DNA of 64,000 nucleotides from an uncultured Bifidobacteriaceae bacterium (lineage in GTDB: Bacteria > Bacteroidota > Bacteroidia > Chitinophagales > UBA10324): the NCBI GenBank assembly GCA_964424455.1, contig CAYRJA010000002.1, positions 7,236 through 71,235 on the forward strand, in the 5' to 3' direction. The notes under the pieces were generated by a model, which worked only from the letters and a program-made list of their open reading frames with translations, ran no database searches and was not told the DNA's origin. Numbering within the stretch: the first letter of the stretch is position 1; the number at the start of each line of letters is the position of its first letter. The position numbers and the translations under genes were made by a program. This document shows, in pieces, positions 29,052 to 36,607 of this stretch.

Positions 29052-29840
29052 CTATTCATAAACAAACATCATGTGGCTCATATTTCCCATCATCTTACCC
29101 AGCATGGTGTTATTGGCTGATGGGGTTGTAATGTTCAGGTTGGCTGCTTTGTTCACCTTTACACCCATAAAAAGCATGGCATAATCCGCTCCCAGATGAA
29201 TGTACTGATCCTGTCCGGGTGTTACAGTAAAATTCTTGTCCGGCATGGAGATGCGAGTGAATGCAGTGGACGTTCCCAGTTTGTAATTAAAGGGTATCAT
29301 GGCATTTGAGGCATTTGGAGCGCTTGAGGTGTCAATGGTGCCGCTGAAATTGATATACACAAACCCTTCCGGCTGTGGAGTTGCTCCAAACCACATTGAT
29401 GATTGGTTAAGTATGTTATCAGTTGAAGAAGGATTAACAGAGTTGGTTGCTGAATCTAATCCAACATAAAACCTTACTGATTTATAATTACCGGCAGGCA
29501 CTGATCCTATCTGATATTCCTTTGTGCCGTGTTTTGCAAAAAGTATTTTTCCTGTAACAGGCACTGTGGAGCCATCCAGTTTTACCAATTCAATGTTTGA
29601 AATATACATCTGTGCCATATCAATAGTAATTCTTCGCCCTTTGTCCACAAGGATATATTCTTCGCCGTAATTTTTTACTTCACTGGTGTCTGCCATTGTA
29701 TGAATATGAAAATAGAGAGTTCCGGATTCACTTTTTGGAGCAGGAGTATCTTTTTTTTCTTTCTTACATGAGATAAAAACTGTAACAGATAGAATAAACC
29801 AAATGATTAATGAGAGATTTTTATAATTAAAGTTGTTCAT
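29052..29840 (-). CDS. lipoprotein, MbnP-like (tentative), with Met-rich C-terminus
   Basis: Lipobox VFISC. The central MAQMYISNIELVKLDGS and GNYKSVRFYVGLD resemble MbnP-family copper-associated proteins, as recalled from memory. The tail is MLGKMMGNMSHMMFVYE. Confidence 0.4.
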   Translation of the reverse strand: MNNFNYKNLSLIIWFILSVTVFISCKKEKKDTPAPKSESGTLYFHIHTMADTSEVKNYGEEYILVDKGRRITIDMAQMYISNIELVKLDGSTVPVTGKILFAKHGTKEYQIGSVPAGNYKSVRFYVGLDSATNSVNPSSTDNILNQSSMWFGATPQPEGFVYINFSGTIDTSSAPNASNAMIPFNYKLGTSTAFTRISMPDKNFTVTPGQDQYIHLGADYAMLFMGVKVNKAANLNITTPSANNTMLGKMMGNMSHMMFVYE

Positions 29841-29870
29841 GATTAATTGTGTTTGAAAAAGTTTAAAAAA

Positions 29871-30968
29871 TTAAAAAGCATACCGCCAGGCAGCGTTCAA
29901 CACGCTCTGTTGCGGCTGTTGTATTCCATTAAGATGTTGATAGAGAGGTAGTCCGTATTCTACTAATACACGACTGTTCCTAACAACAGCGCCTTTTTTA
30001 AAGTAGTAGCTTAATCCGACATACCCGTTGACTAATGTTCCACCATAATTTTCAGGTGTAGCGCCCGGTTCCATCACTCTGTACAGTTGATTATCTTCAC
30101 CATGAATTGTTTCCGTGAAGGTGGCATCCACTCTGAGAGATGGGGAAAGTGAACCTAAGAACTGATAAGCTCCCCATGTATTTAGCATCAGTTTATTGCC
30201 GAGCCGGTAACCGTTTGCATTGTTATAGGTTCGCACTGTTCCTGTTGCCTGTACACTACCTTCGAAGTTTTTTGCCCGTTGAAGAAGTGTAACACCTGGA
30301 TAAAAATCAACTGTGCCGGAACCATTTTGCATCATATACGGCAGCCGCATATTGGGATACATCATATCATCTGCAACGCCTTTTTGACGGATACTTCCTA
30401 CAGGAATGTTTATGCCGCCACTTGCCATAAGTATCGTTCCTCTGCGAACAAAGAATGACCACAATGCATAGAGTTGTGCATCACCAATACCCGAAGCTTT
30501 ACTCTCCATCTCCATTAAATTCAAGCCCTCTGTACTGGGTGCAGCGGAGTGATTATGTCCACCTGCGGGTGTGTGCGAATGAGAAGCCGACAACATATTC
30601 ATCTTCATGTCAAATGAATTATAGTTGAGCATAGCCATCAGCGTAATCCGGTCCGATAAGCCATACATTCCCATCAGCATGTGCATATCCATCTTCATAG
30701 AGACAGGCGACATCAGGTAATTGTTCAGAATGGTTTCATCGGTTACCTTAGAAGTTCCGGAGATGTTGTTTTGCATTTGCATATTCATGTAGTTGTAGGA
30801 GAACATCCACATCCCTTTCAAATGTCTCATTCCTACCATTACACCTGCCGGGCTGTAGTCATCTCTGTTACAGCTACACAAAATGCTGTCACGCTTCGAT
30901 GCGAATGAAAATTCAATACTGGACAACAGTATGAGTAAACCCAAAACGGGTTTGAAATAAAATTTCAT
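29871..30968 (-). CDS. outer-membrane beta-barrel ('transporter'/MetA-pathway-like) with a Met/His-rich segment
   Basis: Signal peptide. The N-terminal third is packed with M and H (MWMFSYNYMNMQMQ, MKMDMHMLMGM, SHSHTPAGGHNHS). The rest shows beta-strand alternation and the protein ends ...WRYAF. Confidence 0.5.
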   Translation of the reverse strand: MKFYFKPVLGLLILLSSIEFSFASKRDSILCSCNRDDYSPAGVMVGMRHLKGMWMFSYNYMNMQMQNNISGTSKVTDETILNNYLMSPVSMKMDMHMLMGMYGLSDRITLMAMLNYNSFDMKMNMLSASHSHTPAGGHNHSAAPSTEGLNLMEMESKASGIGDAQLYALWSFFVRRGTILMASGGINIPVGSIRQKGVADDMMYPNMRLPYMMQNGSGTVDFYPGVTLLQRAKNFEGSVQATGTVRTYNNANGYRLGNKLMLNTWGAYQFLGSLSPSLRVDATFTETIHGEDNQLYRVMEPGATPENYGGTLVNGYVGLSYYFKKGAVVRNSRVLVEYGLPLYQHLNGIQQPQQSVLNAAWRYAF

Positions 30969-31060
30969 AACTGAAAAAATTATAGTGTAAAAAATCAGCC
31001 ACTAATAAATCATTAATGGAAACCCGGAGCTACAGAATTGTAGTTCCGTAAACTGTAACA

Positions 31061-31444
31061 CTATACTGTGGGCGGATGGAAAATGGAATTGCGGTAATGA
31101 TTTGAAATAAAATCTGATTGATAGATGGGTGAATAGGTAATGGCTTCCTGTGAAAGGAATTCAAATGAATAATCCTTTTCAAAGAAGAGTTGTAACTGTA
31201 TTTTCTCGGCAACACTATTACTTACCGGCGACTTCTCCTTTTCTTCCTGTTGCTTCATTTTTCGCATCATGTAACACTTTCCGTTACAGTGAAGTTTTGG
31301 TTTTGATTTGTTAATACAGAAATGGGAGATAATATATTCTTTATTCACCTCGTAATTCAGAACAACAGTCAGATTCGCCAGTGTATTCAGTAAGACTGCA
31401 AACACAAGGAACAAACCCGTAAGTCGTACAAGAATATTTTTCAC
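31061..31444 (-). CDS. small membrane-anchored Cys-containing protein, unknown function
   Basis: 127 aa with an N-terminal TM, then HFCINKSKPKLHCNGKCYM (three Cys). First gene of the three-gene minus-strand cluster. Confidence 0.4.
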   Translation of the reverse strand: MKNILVRLTGLFLVFAVLLNTLANLTVVLNYEVNKEYIISHFCINKSKPKLHCNGKCYMMRKMKQQEEKEKSPVSNSVAEKIQLQLFFEKDYSFEFLSQEAITYSPIYQSDFISNHYRNSIFHPPTV

Positions 31445-31512
31445 GCATCAAAAGTATTGATAAGAATTTATATTGATGTAATGATTTATATCAGTCACAA
31501 TCCGATTGGTAT

Positions 31513-31586
31513 TTCCGTCCACGCCGAATCACTGCTGCCGTGCCTTGTGCGTGTGCGAAGGACTCGGCGGAATTACTGTAACACTG
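31513..31586. repeat. hairpin repeat H, copy 1 (74 nt)
   Basis: 70/74 identical to 33558-33631. Stem arms are 31522-31530 (CGCCGAATC) and 31561-31569 (GACTCGGCG). It ends in CTGTAACAC. It lies 12 nt after the stop of the 646-aa gene and 68 nt upstream of the 127-aa gene start. Confidence 0.85.
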
Positions 31587-31598
31587 CTCATCCATCTC

Positions 31599-33539
31599 TC
31601 ACTGTTTTATGAATTTGTTGATTACCCATCCGTCTTTTGTTCTTGCCTTCAGCAGGTACATGCCGGAGGGAAGCCCGCTTACATCTATTTGAGTAGTGCG
31701 TACAGCATTCTGCGTAGTGCGTATCACTGTTTGCCCTAACAAATCTGTTACAGTTATTTCATCTCCAATTTGTAATTTGTCATTTGTAATCTGCAATTTA
31801 TCCATTGCCGGGTTGGGGCTTATTGTAATCTTACTTTCTTTCTTCTTCATTACAGCACTCACAGGAAAATCGCAGGTGACTCCTCCCGTAAAATATTTAT
31901 AGTACAAGCTCGTATCCTGATAACACAAAAGCGGTCCTTCATTATTAAAATAACTTACCGGCTGCGGCAGCATGGAAGCCAAACCTCCTATCAGTTGTGC
32001 ATAGCCATCATTACCAAAGCTCCATCCATCCAAAGGAGTAGTATAGATTCTTTTTAGGTTTTCTGTTTGTAAGATGAGCGTAGTAATGCTATCAACTATC
32101 ACTCTAAAGGTGGTATCGCTTGCACTTTGCGGCTGTGGTGTGTAGTAAGTGAGCGTGTCACCAACCTTCACATTAAACTTATACCCCTCTACAAATCTTT
32201 TCTGGTAATTGTTGTAGTACATAATGCGGTTGGTATCTCCGAATACATACAAGGGTTGTAATGCTGTATGAGTTTTATCAGGCAGGTATTGCTCTGCTAT
32301 TATTTTGCGGCAGTTGTAGCCGCTGGTGGGTGGGGTGTTCATGACAAAGGTATCTCTTGCTACCTCATAGTATTTGTAACAGCTATTGGGTTGCTGCTGC
32401 CCCTCTGCAGAGCTATTATGCCACCACCTGGTTGCTACGGGTGCGTAAGAGGAGAAGGTGCCATCTACAAATTTTACTATTTTTTTTGCAGGTATATACC
32501 CCACTGAATCAAAACTCCCCGAAATGAATAATGTATCATTGAATACTTCTAATGAAGTAAGACTAATTGAGGCTAATTTGTCACTCAATATAAAATGAGT
32601 TAAAAAATTTTCATCATATTGAAATAATCCTGTTGCATAAGAAAAACTTTTAGTCCTAAATCTTCCTAATAAATACAACTTATTATGGTAGACTTCTAAA
32701 GCGTTAAAGTTAATTATTATAATACTATCAAATTCAGGAATATTTTCCCACTTGTTACCTGTCCATCTTGCAAAACTATTTCCTTTAACCTCTCCAGCAG
32801 AGTCAAAATCGCCACCAACATACAGGTTGTATTTATATTCTTTTAAAACATTTACAAAAGCAGCTCCGGTTAATTCCGAACCTAATGAATTCCAAGAAAA
32901 GCAATTCCATTTTGCTAAACCGCTTACTTTAATAGTATCTATTTTATGAAAACCACCACCAGAATATAGCTCACCCTTAAAAAATTCCAATGCTCTTATA
33001 CTAGTCCCCACAGAAGTAACACCAATTCCCAAAGGAAAAGCATTGCCTAATGTATCAATACCACCAATCTGATAGCTATTTGTATTCTGAAATTCACCAA
33101 AAGCTCCTCCAGCGTAAATAGTATCATGTACTGACTTTAAACAGTAAACCAAACCCTCGCCACAGACGCTTTTATAACAGTGTGAAATGCTGAAACTATC
33201 TAGGGTGTAAAATGCCCAATCTGAATTATATCCTTTCATTATGACACACTCCCCTGAAGAAAGACAAGTACCGATTCCATAATCCCAAAATGATTCTGTT
33301 GGTCCCACTTGTGTTAGTTTTCCATCTCGATAAGCATAAAGCCAGGAGGTATCCAGCTCTTTCGGAAGTGCTCTATAAAAATAAGTTGAAGCATACAGCA
33401 GGTTATGAACTGTATCTGCAAACAAGGCGTTGCATGCATTTGCTTTTGACAGCTTATTGTCAAATACCGGAATAAAATACTGAGACCTTGAGTAGAGGGA
33501 AATTGAATTAAGAAATATTATTAAGAGGACTTTTTTCAT
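31599..33539 (-). CDS. secreted protein with T9SS type-A C-terminal domain, unknown function
   Basis: 646 aa with a signal peptide. The body is repetitive with GG/Y-rich beta-propeller-like segments. Tail ISPNPA...GMYLLKARTKDGWVINKFIKQ. Confidence 0.65.
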   Translation of the reverse strand: MKKVLLIIFLNSISLYSRSQYFIPVFDNKLSKANACNALFADTVHNLLYASTYFYRALPKELDTSWLYAYRDGKLTQVGPTESFWDYGIGTCLSSGECVIMKGYNSDWAFYTLDSFSISHCYKSVCGEGLVYCLKSVHDTIYAGGAFGEFQNTNSYQIGGIDTLGNAFPLGIGVTSVGTSIRALEFFKGELYSGGGFHKIDTIKVSGLAKWNCFSWNSLGSELTGAAFVNVLKEYKYNLYVGGDFDSAGEVKGNSFARWTGNKWENIPEFDSIIIINFNALEVYHNKLYLLGRFRTKSFSYATGLFQYDENFLTHFILSDKLASISLTSLEVFNDTLFISGSFDSVGYIPAKKIVKFVDGTFSSYAPVATRWWHNSSAEGQQQPNSCYKYYEVARDTFVMNTPPTSGYNCRKIIAEQYLPDKTHTALQPLYVFGDTNRIMYYNNYQKRFVEGYKFNVKVGDTLTYYTPQPQSASDTTFRVIVDSITTLILQTENLKRIYTTPLDGWSFGNDGYAQLIGGLASMLPQPVSYFNNEGPLLCYQDTSLYYKYFTGGVTCDFPVSAVMKKKESKITISPNPAMDKLQITNDKLQIGDEITVTDLLGQTVIRTTQNAVRTTQIDVSGLPSGMYLLKARTKDGWVINKFIKQ

Positions 33540-33557
33540 GGCTTTTGAAGAATTAAC

Positions 33558-33631
33558 TTCCGTCCACGCCGAGTCACTGCTGCCGTGCCTTGTGCGGGTG
33601 CGCAGGACTCGGCGGTATTACTGTAACACTG
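33558..33631. repeat. hairpin repeat H, copy 2 (74 nt)
   Basis: Perfect 9-bp stem CGCCGAGTC (33567-33575) / GACTCGGCG (33606-33614) with a 30-nt loop. It begins 18 nt upstream of the 646-aa gene start codon. Confidence 0.85.
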
Positions 33632-33740
33632 TTCGTTCATAAATTTGCCTATTGCATGAGTAAATCTAATACTATGAACAGACAACGTCAAGTAAATTAT
33701 TGTTTTGTTATGGATGCGGGCGGGGGGTTGGCTCTTTTTC

Positions 33741-34093
33741 ATCTACGCCCTTGTTGGTAAAGCTCTGCCTTGTCAGGTCTCCTGACCGACAAGCCGTTTA
33801 ACCGGCAACTCCATTTATTCTCTAACATGAGTTAAGAACTTCCACCTCATCTCATCGCTCAAAAAATAAAATGAAGCTAAACTATTTTCCGCCCCCGCAG
33901 AGTCTCCTCCGTCTTGCCTTGAGCCGTGCGAGGGACTCTGCGGCATCTACGCCCTTGTTGGTAAAGCTCTGCCCTTGTCAGGTCTCCTGACCGACAAGCC
34001 GTTTAACCGACAACTCCATTTATTCTCTAACATGAGTTAAGAACTTCCACCTCATCTCATCGCCCAAAAAATAAAATGAAGCTAAACTATTTT
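33741..34093. repeat. tandem direct duplication, period about 204 bp (two units of about 149 bp)
   Basis: 33741-33888 and 33945-34093 differ by two substitutions and one 1-nt indel. Each unit contains the bulged hairpin CTTGTC-A-GGTC TCCT GACC-GACAAG. The units are separated by the H' hairpin. Confidence 0.9.
33889..33944. repeat. hairpin repeat H' (diverged member of the H family)
   Basis: Perfect 10-bp stem CCGCAGAGTC (33895-33904) / GACTCTGCGG (33934-33943) with a 29-nt loop. It aligns to H with shared TGCCTTG.GC.GTGCG..GGACTC, and carries a compensatory C:G to A:T change in the stem. Confidence 0.75.
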
Positions 34094-34125
34094 AGCTGTC
34101 GGTCAGGAAACCTGACAGCGGCGGA

Positions 34126-34157
34126 GAGTTTACCCGCTGGCGAGTTTACCCGCTGGC
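34126..34157. repeat. 16-nt perfect tandem repeat, two copies
   Basis: GAGTTTACCCGCTGGC at 34126-34141 and again at 34142-34157. Confidence 0.9.
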
Positions 34158-34178
34158 GCAAGTGTTTTTCACTTGCGC
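34156..34178. other. perfect 9-bp GC-rich hairpin
   Basis: GCGCAAGTG (34156-34164), loop TTTTT, CACTTGCGC (34170-34178). It lies about 170 nt downstream of the nth stop. There is no clear U-tract on either strand. Confidence 0.6.
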
Positions 34179-34346
34179 TTCACTTCGCATTCATTCCTGC
34201 CGAGTTACTCCGCAATACTTTGAGCCGAAAAGAACTCAGCGACGAAATTGCAACACAGTTCATTCCACCAATCAAAATTCATTTTTTATAATGAGGCGCA
34301 CTACATATAACTTTCACTGGAATAAACATTCTTCTGCTACAGTAAG

Positions 34347-35024
34347 TCAACTATTAGCAATTTTCTTCATCTTAATTTTTGGCAAACTCTTCTGATAATA
34401 CTTACAGAGATCCCGTAGTCCGCACTCCTCACATTTAGGATTTCGTGCCAGACAGATATATCGCCCGTGCAAAATCAGCCAGTGATGTGCCAAGGATATT
34501 TTATCCTTCGGAATATATTTTATCAACTGCATTTCCGCCTGCAACGGAGTTTTTGCGCCTACAGTTAATCCGATTCTTGCGGCTACACGAAATACATGTG
34601 TATCCACAGCCATCTTCGGCTGATTGAAAATACAGGAGGCAATTACATTGGCGGTTTTTCTTCCAACGCCGGGCAACTCCTGTAACAGTTCTGTATCGCC
34701 CGGTACTTTACTGTCAAATTTCTCTACTAACATTTTTGCCATCCCGATTAAATGCTTCGTCTTGTTGTTCGGATAGCTGATACTTTTGATGAGCGGAAAT
34801 AATTCATCGAAAGAGGCGTGCGACAGTTTTTCAGGAGTAGGAAATTTTTTAAAGATGGCAGGCGTGGTCATGTTCACGCGCTTGTCGGTACATTGCGCAG
34901 AAAGAATTACCGCCACTAACAACTGATAGGGGTCTTCATATTCCAATTCCGTTTCTGCATTCGGCTGATGCTTGCTGAAATAATCAATAAACCGCCGGAA
35001 CCTTTCTTGTCTGGTCATAGGCAA
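34347..35024 (-). CDS. nth: endonuclease III
   Basis: HhH-GPD motif LPGVGRKTANV and the 4Fe-4S ligand pattern C-x6-C-x2-C-x5-C (CLARNPKCEECGLRDLC). Confidence 0.9.
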   Translation of the reverse strand: MPMTRQERFRRFIDYFSKHQPNAETELEYEDPYQLLVAVILSAQCTDKRVNMTTPAIFKKFPTPEKLSHASFDELFPLIKSISYPNNKTKHLIGMAKMLVEKFDSKVPGDTELLQELPGVGRKTANVIASCIFNQPKMAVDTHVFRVAARIGLTVGAKTPLQAEMQLIKYIPKDKISLAHHWLILHGRYICLARNPKCEECGLRDLCKYYQKSLPKIKMKKIANS

Positions 35025-35175
35025 ATGTATTTTGTAAAGCGAACTACAAACAAAAATTATTTTTTGTTTCCCGGAATTCTTCTGTCAAAGAAGGAGATAT
35101 GAATAGATGTTGTACAGCAAACTACTTCATTTGCCGACAACACATTGACAGATTTTAGACAGCGGAAAAGGAGAA

Positions 35176-35433
35176 CTAATGTATCTCCGTTTCCAGTGAA
35201 TTTTTGCTGTGCTGTAAAATCAGTTTAACCGAAGAGGGAGATGGCTCCATAGAAAGACAGTCCAGTTCTTCACGCGCAGTCAGCATGGCATGATAAGTTT
35301 TGGCAAGTTCCATATCTTCAAGAAGCGCCGTTTTAATTGCAAGAGTTTCTTCGGATGAGGTCTCTTTGTAGATATAACGTACTAAGTCGTCGTGTGTAAA
35401 AAGTGGTTGCATAATTTGTTTTGAAAAGAACAT
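35176..35433 (-). CDS. small conserved hypothetical protein downstream of the ECF sigma factor
   Basis: 85-aa ORF, or 78 aa from the ATG at 35412 (MQPLFTHDDLVRYIYKETS...). Same strand as the sigma gene, about 180 nt downstream. No TM. Confidence 0.4.
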   Translation of the reverse strand: MFFSKQIMQPLFTHDDLVRYIYKETSSEETLAIKTALLEDMELAKTYHAMLTAREELDCLSMEPSPSSVKLILQHSKNSLETEIH

Positions 35434-35614
35434 TGGGTGAATGAATTAATTGTATTAACGAGAGCGTTTTGAGGTTATTGTATTCCGGTAAAATATATTT
35501 TTTCATCGCTTTAAACATGAATACGGAATGAAGAATAAACCGTCCGGCTTGTTTTATAAATCTTCTTTTCGTATTCATGTTCTCAGTAACGATGCTTTAA
35601 GGAACTTATTTTAT

Positions 35615-36193
35615 TTAAATGGAAATTTGTTTTTCAACCATCATGCGGCGAATATTAATCAGTGCATAGCGCATTCTGCCCAGTGCGGTATTAATACTCA
35701 CATTGGTAATATCTGCAATTTCTTTAAAACTTAAATCTGAATAATGCCGGAGAATTACCACTTCCTTTTGTTCTTCGGGCAACTGTTCTATCAGCATTTT
35801 CACCCGCTCGTGAGCCTGAACGGTTATCATTTTCTGTTCTGCATTTTCACCGGTAAAATTCAGCAGCTTGAAAATATCGAAACCGTCTTTTGTACGGATT
35901 ACCGGAGTACGCTTGGTTTTGCGATAGTAATCAATACACAAGTTATTGGCGATACGCATCACCCATGGAAGAAATTTTCCTTCTTCGTGGTATTTTCCTT
36001 CGCGCAGCTTTTCCACCACTTTAATAAAAGTATCCTGAAAAAGGTCTTCAGCGATGTAACGGTCGCGTACAAAAAGATAAATAGAGGTAAATACCTTCTG
36101 TTTGTGGCGGTTCAGCAATGTGGCAAGCGCCTGTTCGTTGCCGCGCAGATACTGCTGTACCAGCGCATGGTCGTTGGGGGAGTTGGTTTGCAT
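35615..36193 (-). CDS. ECF-type RNA polymerase sigma-70 family factor
   Basis: 192 aa. Region 2 is AEDLFQDTFIKV. Region 4 HTH is VVILRHYSDLSFKEIADITNVSINTALGRMRYA. Confidence 0.85.
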   Translation of the reverse strand: MQTNSPNDHALVQQYLRGNEQALATLLNRHKQKVFTSIYLFVRDRYIAEDLFQDTFIKVVEKLREGKYHEEGKFLPWVMRIANNLCIDYYRKTKRTPVIRTKDGFDIFKLLNFTGENAEQKMITVQAHERVKMLIEQLPEEQKEVVILRHYSDLSFKEIADITNVSINTALGRMRYALINIRRMMVEKQISI

Positions 36194-36268
36194 GGTTTCT
36201 ACAATTAAGGGTTTAAAAATGGAATTGGTTTGTAGAAATTTACATGCGTCTTACTAACTTAAAAGTGA

Positions 36269-36298
36269 TTTAGAGTTTAGAAAATTGTTTAGAGTTTA
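36269..36298. promoter_or_regulatory. 11-nt direct repeat TTTAGAGTTTA, two copies, in the sigma/uvrA divergent region
   Basis: Perfect copies at 36269-36279 and 36288-36298, a 19-bp period. Further TAGAGT cores occur at 36380 and 36410. Confidence 0.4.
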
Positions 36299-36589
36299 AA
36301 GAGCCCGGGACAGAGTGATTAACTCAAAGCCCTGAACTAAAAACCCGAAAAATTAAAAAATGTGTAAAAAGCGAAACGATAGAGTATGTAGTGTAGAGAT
36401 GTTTCGTCTTAGAGTGTGTCTATTATGAGTTCTGTAATTTGTTCTCTATTTACGCAGAGAAATGAAATTTGTTTTATCAAATATGAGAATAATTTTTCAA
36501 CTGCCAAATTTTATTTCGATTAGTTGAACTTAATTACCTGATTGAACTAAAATCTTACGGCTCTATGTTACTAAACCTACTCCTTTATT

Positions 36590-36597
36590 TATTTTTG
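36590..36597 (+). promoter_or_regulatory. candidate -7 box (TAnnTTTG)
   Basis: TATTTTTG ends 10 nt upstream of the uvrA ATG. Confidence 0.3.
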
Positions 36598-36607
36598 CAA
36601 TCCTCTC

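Noticed and set aside
31513-33944. Possibility that the H hairpins are integron attC sites and the 646-aa gene is a cassette (CALIN).
   Set aside because: I could not find the R''/R' core sites (RYYYAAC / GTTRRRY) at the hairpin ends. There are no extrahelical-base features, no intI gene and no attI. The idea is kept only as a remote alternative.
33741-34093. Possibility that the two direct repeats with a 56-nt spacer are a mini CRISPR array.
   Set aside because: The repeat units are about 149 bp, far longer than CRISPR repeats, and there are only two. The spacer is itself a member of the H hairpin family, and there are no cas genes.
33536-34395. Small ORFs 33536-33742 (-), 34076-34291 (+) and 34162-34395 (+) in the repeat-rich spacer.
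   Set aside because: They run straight through hairpin and tandem repeats and have odd composition. They also overlap each other or the nth 3' end. The region is better treated as non-coding.
35744-36208. 154-aa plus-strand ORF opposite the ECF sigma gene.
   Set aside because: The sigma-70 regions 2 and 4 are clear on the minus strand. The plus-strand ORF is a shadow frame.
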